Assembly (NCBI GenBank): GCA_051294905.1 | Contig: CM119371.1 | Location: forward strand, 12,092,001-12,156,000 | Direction: 5' to 3' | Origin: Botryllus schlosseri | Taxonomy: Eukaryota | DNA length: 64,000 nt | Shown here: one piece after another, positions 37,768-50,200 of the stretch | How the letters are laid out: each line of letters opens with the position of its first letter | Position numbering within the stretch: the stretch's first letter is position 1 | Translations under genes and position numbers: made by a program | The notes under the pieces: model-generated | The model's input: only the letters and a program-made list of their open reading frames with translations | Database searches by the model: none | What the model was told of the DNA's origin: nothing

Positions 37768-40065
37768 CAGTGTAGGGATGACTCGAGTCACCTTTTTCGT
37801 ATGACTTGACTTTGCTCGAATCACTTTGCAAAAATGACTTGACCTGACTTGACTCGGCGTATCAGAAATGTGGATTGACTCGTGACCAGGATCAAACATT
37901 TTCTAGTCAATTTCGAGTCATCAAGTGATCGGTGTCGTAAAAAAATCGCTGTTGCATATGTTCGGATTGTTTGCGAAACGCTTGTGTAGCATGTGAGAAC
38001 AACCAATCATTCATGATATTGCGTGTTATTGAGCCTCTCACAAATAAATTGACCGATCGGAGCTTACAGCTTACGTATACGTTGTCGTCAACTAGTAGTG
38101 AAGTGATCTAATAGCACTGTTCTACAGAATGCTCATTGTGCTAAGTTATCACCTTAACCAAACTGCGGTTTGTTCGATTTTTATTAGAATTCGATTATAC
38201 TTAGGATAGGGTTACCATATTTCTGCAACCCTAATTCCGGACACTCCTTAGCGCCCACTAGTGGATTTCAAAATGAGTTACGACGTCACAGTAGCGAAGC
38301 TTTGGTCAATTGGTCATAGACCAGAGGTGGTCACGATCCGGTTCAGGAGTATGTGGCTGTGTGTTGTGCAACCGGAACCGAAAGCACATGTTTTCAGCCC
38401 CTTCCCGTACAAATAAACAGTTATGTTGAGCCAACACTATTGGGTAATCCATGCAACTTCTGGGCGGGGTGCTTGCTATATGAATCTAGTTTCTATATGC
38501 ATCGGGTCGTTAAATGTTTTGAATGAATTCTGTCAATAATATTGGTTGTTCCATCTATTACTAAATAGTCACTACTCTTTGCCCACATGATCAGAGTTAG
38601 CGGTAGAGCTGGTGGAGAATGAACAGTTCGAAAATACGGGGAGCGTAATTGCACATCGTTACGCCATGTTCATGTCCTAACTATAAAATTGTATATCAGC
38701 CTTATGCTGGGGCGCACCACGGAGATTTATTAACACCCCACATCCAGTGGTTTCCAACGTTTTATGGTCGCGACTCCATCTCCAATTTGAATATGTTCCG
38801 TGGCCCCGATCAAAATTTGACGAGCCGCACCTTTGCTCAGACTTACTCACGGGCTATTTTGGAAGCTGATTACGTTCAACATATTCGCAAACTCCAGAAT
38901 AAAGCATTTGAGCGGCCTTAACGATCTCTGGGAATATACCGTTCTCCTATAAGTGCGATTGCAATTAGGCTTATTCCAGTGTAAATGAAGCTTGTTTCTA
39001 TATTTTATTGCAGTTTTTTGCGAGGATGGCAGTCGCCACATTAATATCAATAAATGCGGTAGCAAATCGCGTGCAGCGCGAAAAGAAATATTATCAGCAT
39101 AAATATTCCCAAACATATTGTTTTTATGCTGATTTACGAAAAAAGTATGAGCCTACGTCAAGTCTTCAAAATTCCGGACATTTGGCATATTTTAGAAATT
39201 TCTCCCAGACGCTAGTTTGAACAGTGAAATTCCGGACGTATGGCAACCCTAACTTAGGATTACGATATTTTGGAATCCGGTAAGGGGGACACTTTTTTGA
39301 AATCATAAGAGTTTGTTGAAAAAGCTGAGTTTGGATTATTTACTGGAAATCTTGTTGTGTTGACTAAAAAAGGTCATCACTTTGCCCCGACTCCCGAATG
39401 ACCCACTCGAACGTACGCATTACCTATTTCGCATCAGTTATGCCGATTTTGAGTTGGTCCTGTCCATTAGCCTAGCTGTAAAAGTTATAAAGGAGTACGA
39501 TTGCCGGAGGACATTTTCACTTTCCTGAAAAAGGAGGACAAATCCTCCTACAGGAGAATGCTCGGTAGCCCTAATTATAGTAGCCTACATTACTAGTCAT
39601 CTATTGACACAGACGGCTTGAATTGTATCTCATGGATGTATAGGTGGGTAGTGTATTGCAACATATCAATTCGTTTATAATTTCAGATGTCTTGCATTTG
39701 ATTTTGTATTTTGGCTGATATTTATAGACTGACGATATCCAGTTACTTCCGTAGTTTAGCAGTTCTACGTATGTGTGAGCGATACAACGCCTTTTTGCAT
39801 GTCTACTAAACCATATGATCGCTCCTCGATGCAAAATGAATGACCACTCAGTCCGTATATCAAACAGCTAGCAAAATGCAACGACGTAATCATGTCTGGT
39901 GCTTCGAAAAGGCAGCGTGACTTGAATTGTGACTTGACTCGTGACTTGACTTGACTCGAGTCACCTTTGAAAATCGATTGCCTTCACTTGACTTGATTCG
40001 AGTCAAAATGTGCAATGACTCTAGATGACTCGTGACTCGAAGGTAGTGAATTGATCCCAACACTG
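37768..40065 (-). mobile_element. GAGTC-array hAT-like element containing nested insertions
   Basis: TIRs cagtgtagggat / atcccaacactg; TSD catcgtga / catcgtgg; inverted copy of 3352-4553. Confidence 0.85.
38207..39251 (+). mobile_element. Nested hAT-like element
   Basis: TIRs tagggttaccata / tatggcaacccta; perfect TSD acttagga (38199-38206, 39252-39259). It interrupts the terminus of another element spanning 38202-39573 (TSD attatact / attatagt). Confidence 0.88.
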
Positions 40066-40240
40066 CATCGTGGTGAACCGAATGTAGGGACTACTCGCAT
40101 TGTATGAACCAGGTCAAATAAGAATACAAAAGGACGACAGCGTAAAAAAGACTACAGATTTCAAGCGCGTCCATTAATTCCGGATTACTGTGAAGTTTGT
40201 TGCTCATTAATCAGTGAATAATCTCACCCAATGACCTTTC

Positions 40241-41758
40241 GATTAAAATACCATAATAGGTAAATGCAACATCTTCCTGCCGGTCACCTGCATCGCATTG
40301 CACACTATTTTCCTTGAGCACATCAGAATATAAACGATAACGATTATTGCGATTCACGTCGTGTTCGTGTTTAGTATAGGTTTACTGTAATACAGCATTT
40401 AATGAATTATTCAATAAACAGTTAAAACAAAAAAGCAACGGCGTTGCTTCTGCTTCGGACATTTTATATATTTTGAAAACTATTTCATCGTGGTTTTACG
40501 TAGGCCACTTTTTAAAAATCAAAACGCACGATTTTTCGTCCAATACGACTTTTCGTCCAATTCGATTTTCCGTCAGTTTCAATTGACAATTAGGACACCC
40601 AAAATGTGACGGCGTGTTTTGGGTGTCCTAATTGTCGATTGAAACTGACCGAAAATCGAATTGGACGAAAAGTCGTATTTGACGCAAAATTATGCATTTT
40701 GATCTTGAAAAAGTAGTACGCAATTTCTCAACTTTTTGACATTATCGTTTATATCATGATGTGATACTTATTCCAATGTATAACATATCCGAAGCAGAGG
40801 GCACGCCGTTACATTTTGGGTGTCCTAATTGTCGATTGAAACCGACCGAAAATCGAATTGGACGAAAGTCGTATTTGACACAAAATTATGCATTTTGATC
40901 TTGAAAAAGTACGCAATTTCTCAACTTGTTGACTTTATCGTTTATATCATGATGTGATACTTATTCCAAATATATAACATATCCGAAGCAGATGGCACGC
41001 TGTTACATTTTAGGTGTCCTAATTGTCGATTGAAACTGACCAAAAATAGATTCGGACGAAAAGTCGTATTTGACGCAAAATTGTGCATTTTGATCCTCAA
41101 AAAGTACGCAATTTCTCAACTTTTGATATTATCGGTAATATCATGATGTAGAAATTATCCAAATATATAACATATCCGAAGCAGAGGGAACGCTGTTACA
41201 TTTTAAGTGTCCTAATTGTCGATTGAAACTGACCGAAAATCGAATTGGACGAAAAGTCGTATTTGACACAAAATTATGCATTTTGATCTTGAAAAAGTAC
41301 GCAATTTCTCAACTTGTTGACTTTATCGTTTATATCATGATGTGATACTTATTCCAATATATAACATATCCGAAGCAGAGGGCATGCCGTTAGATTTTAG
41401 GTGTCCTAATTGTCGATTGAAACTGACCGAAAATCGAATTGGACGAAAAGTCGTATTTGACCCAAAATCGTGCGTTTTGATCTTTAAAAAGTAGCCTACG
41501 TAAAACCAAGATGAAATAGTTTTCAAAATATATAAAATGTCCGAAGCAGAAGCAACGCCGTTGCTTTTTTGTTGTAACTGTTTATTGAATAATTCATAAA
41601 ATACTGTATTACAGTAAACCTATACTAAACACGAACACGACGTGAATCGCAATAATCGTAATCATTTATATTATGATATGCTCAAGGCACATAGTGTGCA
41701 ATGCGATGCAGGTGACCGGCAGGAAGATGTTGCATTTACCTATTATGATATTTTAATC
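40241..41758. mobile_element. Foldback element: ~365-bp inverted arms enclosing a ~195-bp tandem array
   Basis: 40241-40605 is the reverse complement of ~41395-41758. The unit tttgggtgtcctaattgtcgattgaaactgacc... restarts at ~40617, 40814, 41008, 41201 and 41395. TTAA lies at both ends. Confidence 0.88.
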
Positions 41759-43609
41759 AAAAACGACTTGAGCCAATTGGCCGATGTAGCCTAACAGTGC
41801 TGGATAGGCTGTCTTCGTTAAATAATAATATTTGTACTTTTTTGTCTCTTCGATATCACATATATTCATTTGTGGAGTCTTTTTTCCGGGCCTCTCACCG
41901 CCGCAAGAAATAGTCACACATGGGGGGAAGGAACACAAATTAACCTCTGATGCTTCGGCTACAGGCGAGAATTGATAAAGATTCGCCTGCGTAGATTACG
42001 TAGCGGCTGAAAATTTAGATGCCATAAGTACTACCTGGTGGTTGTAAAATGAAGCACACCTTCAAGTTTCGATGACATATTGTATTGATCATACCGTTTG
42101 CGCCATTTATCGATAAAACTCGTGTGTTTCAGTTCGCTTGCACCCCAAATCTGTCGCGAAATTGTTTTTCCGGTGATAATATTTGATTTTAGCACAAGTG
42201 AATCATTGCGATAACAATGATTCATTAATTTCGGAAATATGACGTAAGCATTTTCTGGCGGAATCACAGTGGTCCAACGTCCTCTCGAATTAAAACTGAT
42301 ACTAGAACACTCAATCAGCTGATTCCATGCATTTGTTTTGACTCAGAGCCATTGATGCACATGAGACATTAGCTCCACCACGCGGAAGAACGAACGGCGT
42401 CAATTCGATAGCACTCATGCTGCTCGATATCACATTTACTTCATAATCTATTTAGTTTTGTCATCTATCCGAATGTTTTTCTCCTGTACATATCAATATA
42501 ATCGGATCAGTAGATAAAGCCCACATTCAAATACGGTACGAATCATAAACATTTAAAAGAACTATACGGCTAGAAAGGTGAGGAGCCATTGAGGGATGAC
42601 GCCCTTTAGACTGAAGTGAACGCTTGCCTAGTAACCGAAACCGGTGTATAAATCGTTTTGCACTTTCCCTATGCAGTACAGCGAATCCCTCACCCGCCAA
42701 AAGCACCAATAGAAAGCTCATTCCTATCCAAAAAGCTCTTACGGAAAATATCCCAGTTTCTGATTCTACCGAGCCATCGCCCACATCCCCGAAACTGGCT
42801 CCGCATCTCAAGTTCTCGTTGATTCAATTTTCATTTAGTTCTCATGGTGCTGGTTTAAATTCAAGTAATAAATACCATATTTCGATACTCTAAAGTTGTT
42901 TGCGTTGCTAAACTTTATTGCCGACAGGTATAATGAGAAGCACGCCATCAACAAATCAACTATTTGAAAAAAAATATATGATGCGATGCGAAGACAATTA
43001 ACACGAACGGCGTGAGGACAGCTGCGGTTCGGTCATCCGTTTACGATGATCGGGATTGGGCTGCAATGTCGATCTGCCGAGTCGTAGCAATATCAATCAG
43101 GTTACATTTTATCTGAACAACACACACACAATGTACAATGCGATAAGATAGAACGTACTGAACAGAGGAGGATGCCGAAGGGTCAGTTGCGGTTGCAGTT
43201 GCGGTCTCTTGAGGTGCCATCCTCATTTGACCAATGTTGCCCGATGTCATAGTTCTTTCTTCGATGTTGCGACGAAAAAAATCGTTTTAATGAGACATTG
43301 AATTGAAAATTCTTCGACTTAGGAATGTTTGATCTTGCCCAGATAGCGTCCCTCTCCACTGGAATCATTGGAAAATTCTTGCATGTCTCGACAACAAAAT
43401 GAGCAACGCGTGCAATCCGTGCATTAATTGCATATATTTGTTCCTCTATCTGATGCCGTGCTCTCTCCCTTAATTGTGAAATTCTCATAACTCAATCGAC
43501 GCTCTACTTCGATCCCCGAAAACGTCAACACAGCCATTTTCGGCCGGGCCCACTCAGTCAGGAATAGAGATGGTACGACTGGAAAGTTATGGCACATTGC
43601 ATTGAAACA

Positions 43610-43810
43610 ACAGTAACGTAACCATAGCAGTCTACTCACAACTGTCCTGTAATCCTAATTAAAAACTCCAGACTCCAAGCCAAGCAAGTGTATTTCATAA
43701 ACATAAATTTTATTCTTTGTCATAACTCGATTTCCTAATATTTTTGGGGGCCGCAAGGAGGCTAGCAGGGGCCTTCATGCGGCCCTCGGGGCCGCGGTTG
43801 GGAATCACTG
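43610..43810 (+). mobile_element. 3' fragment of the GGGCCGC hAT-like element
   Basis: Matches ~32533-32753 and ends in ggttgggaatcactg. Confidence 0.8.
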
Positions 43811-46800
43811 GTTACACTATTTCTACATGCACCCGCGTAAAAAAGTTAACGGGATCACTCCAACTTCTGTTCGAGTTGAATCAATGACTGTCCGATCGTT
43901 TCTATGAAAATTATGCGACAACATATTACGACAATTACCTCTATTCATCTCGCTTCCAGCATCTAAACAATCCAGACGAATCCATTTTCGACCTACTACT
44001 CATTGACATTTAATTATTTACGGGTATTTCATCAAATCTCAGCTTTATAATACAACAAATATTTCTCTCAAGAAAATGAAATCTGCATGGTCTGAACGCA
44101 GCAAGCAATCATGAATTGAAGTGACTCATCACTGGCGAAGATCAACTTCACTATTGCGCATTAGCGGAGGTGAAAAGTAACCAACTATTTCTACTTTTTC
44201 AAAGTACAAGAATACGTTTGCCCACTTTCACTACTTACTGAAGCATTTATCAATACTGACTACTTTTATATCTACTTCACAATTTTCAGTTTTTTGGCAG
44301 AACTAGGAATAATGTGATAAGTTTGCTGCGACTGGATCTAAAGTGATATATGACAACGTTGTTACATTATTGCAGGTAAAACAAAGTTAATTTTATCAAA
44401 GATACGTGTGGTGTACCGCTTGTTATCGTTATGACGTCACTATCCGACATTACAATAAATAATATTGTATAATAATTTGAATATTACAGAGAACGTGTCA
44501 CAATATTTCTAGGGTGTTTTTGAAAGCTGATGTGTATGAGAATGGTTCGTCGATTTAATGGAAGGATAAATCTCAACTCTCATTCTATAACGGTGAGACT
44601 TCGCAACATCTACTCACCTCCTCCAAAAATCAATGTCAAGTCTCTGCCAGTCATCTTTAACATGGACAAATAATCGCGGCACTAAAATGAAAAAGAATTT
44701 ACATATATTAGATATTTGTTAGTAAAATAAATTGTGCTCTGTTTCTGAACCTATTGCGAAATATCTGAAACAGTCATCGGGCTTGAAGCTAGTTGAAATA
44801 AAATAATCAAAAGTATAAATGAACTGTGTCCTACGATACACGGCGATTTAGTTATGGTAGATAGGCGTACTGAACCTGCGCTTATCTACTATTTTAAATC
44901 CGAATCCTATTCCTGATGATACACTCAAATCCAAGTACAAATCCCTATTTAATTTCGTATCGTGTCCGTATCCACGTCCAGTCCGGTAATGGTGGGAACT
45001 TGATCAAAAAGTCGCATGGAAATGGAAAGTTACGAGAATTTCCATGTCAAAGTACAGATGCAAATACATCTTCGAATGAATCATAAATAAACAGCCGATC
45101 AAAAGCCAGGTACAAGAGACGCGTGACCTCAATACCATACATATGTATAAAGTGGAGTAATAAAAATCGTTATATTATTTCTAGTTTCCGTTAGAAAGCG
45201 GTGACTTTCGATAGGAAAATTGCTGCGGCCAAAATGTTTTTCGCACTCTCAACTTTCATTTGAGACTACATTATATTTAGAGCAAAGTGTCCTTTTAATG
45301 TGTTATGGTTATGTCAGCGGAAAGTGAAATGGGAAATCACACACAATATGATCCCCCGACAGTAGAATGCATATTACGTATATCTAATCAATTATATATG
45401 CGAATGAGTGAAAGTAACTTTAATCCGTTTGAAAATCCTACAATATGCAGCTAATCATTTACGCATTGTCCATCGATTTAAATCACCCAAATTTGTGTTC
45501 GATGAATATTTGTAACTTTTTCCACGTTCTGTGAGATACTTTCACAAAACGAATAAAAACTCGAATATTCGTTTTCACATCAAAGGTAAATCGAACAAAG
45601 TCTTACCGAATGCTATTTCCAGAATTATAGTAATTGATTAGGTTGGACAAAACGATTTCGGAATTGTGGCAATGTTGATTATAGTTCAGTTCTAATTGAA
45701 GGATGCACAACGTACATCAACGTAAATTCATGGAATACACATATTCTAATGACGGTACTACCCGATAACGAATTCGTATCAACGCCAATATAAAAAGTGG
45801 AATGCTGTACGAAAGAAAACCACAAATCCTGCAGAGATGTGGTCAGTAGCAAAGTAACTCTACTTTATCTGAATACTCAAGTAGTCTTGTCTACTTGCAT
45901 CGCCTAATCAAGGGGTTGTCAATTTAGACTACTTTTGTTTCTACTTCTTGTCACAGTTGTTAGTCAAAACTACTTACTTTATACAATATTGATTTTGAAA
46001 GTATCAAGTTGTACCTAGCTGCGTATTCGTCATCGTTTTCAGTGAAATTATTATAGGAGTCGCCTTAAATAGCCCATGTATCACGGTAACTGCATGAACA
46101 TATTTTCAAATATTCCACTCACTTGCAGTGTCATTAGTCATTTTGCATTAGCCGCCAAGACATATCTTGCAATTTCGAAAGTAGAAATGTCCTATAAACT
46201 GCTAAAACTATGCTGCTCTTCGACCAAATCTACTTTTTTTGAAACTACTTATTTCACTACATTTCAGACTGATACATTTCTACTTCACCTCGAGTCAATT
46301 TGTGATTTTTTTGAAATTGCTATTTCTACTTTTATCTCAGCAGCAGCTTACGGCGCAATTTATAGTTCTGCATGAGTCTTATCTCTGACTACTATGACTA
46401 CCTCTAATCATTCATGAACTAGTGTTAGCAACTCTCAGAACCAATCAGAGTCCGAATGGTCACCAGATGTCGCAAATAACCTGCATGGAGCATTGAATTT
46501 AGTCCCATGGATATGGAAGTATATGAAAGTGTTTCACAGGCTTATTTGACTCATGGTCCCCTTATCCAACTCGATATATCTTTATCACGCCCATTAAAGG
46601 TAGAGGTACTATCAGCAGCGAAGTACTTGTGCCTTTATGTAGTACTTATTAAATACTTGTTTCGCTTACTCAAGTAGTTTTGTTCATATACTACTTCTAC
46701 ATCAACAGTTTTTTATTGTGAATACTAATTGTTGCATACTTGATATTGTCATGTGAGAAATAGTTTTTGACACACTTCAAAGAAACCTTGCTTCAAAATT

Positions 46801-47013
46801 GATAAAACTAGAATTCACAAATACCTTGCGTTATTACGTAACCCTGGTAACGACGCTACGTCACGCATGAAACTAAAGGTTCGAGATTTCTAGCTGCGCA
46901 GTAACGAATTAGACCTGTTACGTGAATTGACCATTTCATTCGAAATGATCGCGCATATTCAATATACCACATTAAACGTATCTGCGATATGAAGCAACCA
47001 AACAATGACTCAC

Positions 47014-47209
47014 TTTTTAAAACTTCCAACTCAGTATCGAGATCGTTTACAATCTTCTTGACTTTCTGCAATTCGTCTCCTTTCAACATATCATCTTCAT
47101 CCCAGTATTTCAATGTTACTTTCTTCAAATTGGAGTTGTTGACGAGAGACGAAATCTTATCGAGTGAAGGACGACATCCTTCTGCGAATATGCACCGGAT
47201 ATATTCGAT
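47014..47209 (-). CDS. Gene B exon (IEYIRCIF...TELEVL)
   Basis: Homologous to 14875-15064 (MESIRCVF...TRLEVL); ctgcag| acceptor; gtgagt donor at the same phase-1 position. The unspliced ORF would run to 46856. Confidence 0.82.
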
Positions 47210-50200
47210 CTGCAGCGAGAAATGATTACTAATATTATTGTGTATTACAATGATGCTTACCACTATTGTTGACCATTTAACCAGGGACCATCATGTATTA
47301 CAATATACTTTGGATCACCAGATTTGACGGTTTAGCCTGGCCCGCTAGGTGATTCTAAAAAAATGACCGTATTATCCGACACATTTCTAATACATGTTGA
47401 GATTTCTAGTAGGAAACACTTCCATTCTCTCAAGACAGAAAATGTCCAGCATTTTCTGTTCAGGTCAAATTATGACTATCCGACCGTGGTGTTGAGGTTA
47501 CACTGTAGTCACCATCAGAAACAAGTCACTGCCATCGACACTAGTGTTACCATAGGTCATCTTCTCTATTTTTTAAAGTGTTCTAGGAGCACTAGGGGTG
47601 CTCAAAAAAAACTTTAAAAAAAAAATCATCGTCATAGTTCTTCAATCATTAGGTTACCTAAATAATCGTTGCACACCAAATTTGACTCAATTCCAACCAG
47701 TAGAAGCCGAGGTCACTCAAATTGAAATTTCGGTCATTTTTTAAATATAGTAGTATTTACGGTGACCAAATTCGTCACACCGACATGACCAAAAATCGTG
47801 TTCCAGGTATGCCCGAAGGCAGGGATGTCTTTCTCACTTGTTTTGATCTTGATACTGGCCTAGGGTGGGGTTTGGATGAAGACATCGCCAGTAAACAGAA
47901 AAAATATACGACACGGACTACCTGGAAATTGGTCCACTTCATTGAAATAGACATGTCAAAACGATGGCATAGATAATTTTCAAATAGAGTAGTAAAACTA
48001 CAATACCTTTTATAACTCTTTGACAAGGGGTCCTGGTGATATTGAAAGACCAGAAAATGACTAATGTGCTTTATAAGCTCACTGGGTTACTATTTGGTTT
48101 CCCCAAATCTCGCATATGTGAAGTATCAAAAATGTTTTTCAACTCATAAATGCTATTTAGTCGCATAGCCCATTCTGAATTGCAATCGGTACCAATTTCA
48201 ACGCCCTGGATCAGTCAATGTTAAACAGCAGAGAAATATTCGAACACTGAGCTGCTGAGGAATGCAACTGATGTCTCTGTGGATGAAGTTTTTGGAATGG
48301 CGACTTTGCAATCAGAAAAACTTTGAATCAAGGCAGAGAGTATGGCCTGCATAACTGGGAAAGATGTCGTGAAATCTAAATTTGTCCAACCAAAAATACT
48401 TCTAGCTATGACTATCACTTGTAAAATATATTTGCCAGTATTTTACCTGCTTGCCAGTTCATTTTATTTTCGTGGCGGTAATTTTAGCGTGTTAAGTACT
48501 CTATCTCACCATCGTTTTGACATGTCTATTTCAATAAAGTGGATCAATTTCCAGGCAATCCAGGTCATATCTTTTTTTTTCGTTTACTGGCGATGTCTTC
48601 ATCCAAACCACACGCTAGGCCCGTATCATGATCAAAACAAGTGAAAAAGACATCCCTGCCACTTCGGGCATACCCGGAACACGATTTTTGGTCATTTCGG
48701 TGAGACGAAATTGATCACCGTAAATACTATCATTTCAAAACTGACCGAAATTTAAATTTGAGTGACCTCGACTTCTACTGGTTGGAATTGAATCAAATTT
48801 GGTGTGCAACGTTTTTTTAAGTAACCTGACCATTTGATAACCAAGCCGATGAAATTTGGAAAAATAAATTTTTTATAACACCCCTAAGGAGCAGGCTCAA
48901 ATGACTTCATTTTGAGAATTTGTCATCTTTTTAAAAAAATTTGGTAACATGCATGTGAAAATTCAACTGAGAAATTGGAAATGAGTACTGCAGTAACGCT
49001 CCGGCAGGTCTTTCGGGAGTTGAGCCCAAAAGGTGACCTTTTTTCATTCAACCAACTACAAACATGGATTAAATTTAGCAAATTTTCCGAATTTTAACCG
49101 GTATTGTAAGTATGAATTTTTTTTAAAAGGTGTATTTTTCAGATTCTCAAAATATGGTAACCCTAATTGGCACTCAATTCCAAGATTACGACTAAAAAAA
49201 AAAGCAATCATAGCAATATGCCAACGTATATCATCGGTAAAGCCGCTGTTTAGCCATTTATTTTTCGTGTAGAACAAGGGTATGGATTTTGAAGCAATAT
49301 TTGGTATCATTTTTCTGGCCCGGCCCGCGAGTGCTCTGAAGGTTTGAATCCGACCCGCGACACCAGTTGACTTTGACACCCCTGCTTTAGATGAGCAAAT
49401 TATCAGGAATCTGCGATGGATATCGCGGGCATAGAATATAAGGTAATTCATGTGGAGGGACTCGTACTGCGCGACAGAATTTAATGATAAACTTGCAATG
49501 GGGGGAGAAGAACGTTCCATATATCCAATGCAATTAATACTGGATGACAACAGACAAGTACTACCTTCTTTTGCTGACAAGCTTCTAACACCTTCATGAG
49601 TTCATTCTCAACGTAAAACATGGCATGGATATGGACAGGAACGGAAATTGCTCTCCTGCGCTCCAAAATTCGGATGTAATCATCGACAGGTATCAGGCCA
49701 TTCACGGCAATACCCAGGAGATCCAACTAAAATGCGAAAAAAAGCTGTTTCCAGACTTTAAGATAGCCGCCGAAGAGATGATTGGGTTCGAAGTCATATA
49801 AAATGATAGGTAAATATAAATGCGGTTAAAAATATTTTGGAAATAGAATCAGGAATCGTACTTGATACTTTCTCCAGCAAGTCTCAATCAAAGACCAGTC
49901 GATGTTTTCTTCTTCAGTGCAATTGAGCAGGATCTTGCTTATCTGAACACAATATTAGTTTCATTAAGTAAGATGGGTGATTATTGATGATCGCACATTT
50001 GAATAACTATCCATATAGTTAGAGTACAATAGTAATTAGTATGTAGGGTTACCATACGTCCTCTTTTAAGAGGATTTGTACTCTTTTTTGAGTTTATTGA
50101 AAGTGTCCTCGGAGGACGCCCTTTTGTCCTCTTTTTTGAGATTTTGTCCTCTTTTTTGAAAATTTAGGTCACATTTAGAGCAAAATGCGAGTGATATGCC

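Noticed and set aside
38820..39100. hAT transposase C-terminal remnant inside the nested element
   Set aside because: Only vague words (LNDLWE, FQCK, EKKY) in different frames; not enough to call.
40617..41480. Regularly spaced repeats as a CRISPR array
   Set aside because: The units are ~195 bp, similar along their whole length with no unique spacers; there are no cas genes and the context is eukaryotic.
43041..43639. Minus-strand ORFs (101, 71 and 69 aa) as a separate gene or terminal exons of gene B
   Set aside because: No recognisable domain, weak acceptors and no counterpart in gene A; cannot be supported without transcripts.
49056..49580. 174-aa minus-strand ORF as a gene
   Set aside because: It runs through MITE ends in an intron of gene B and is in a different frame from the conserved exon.
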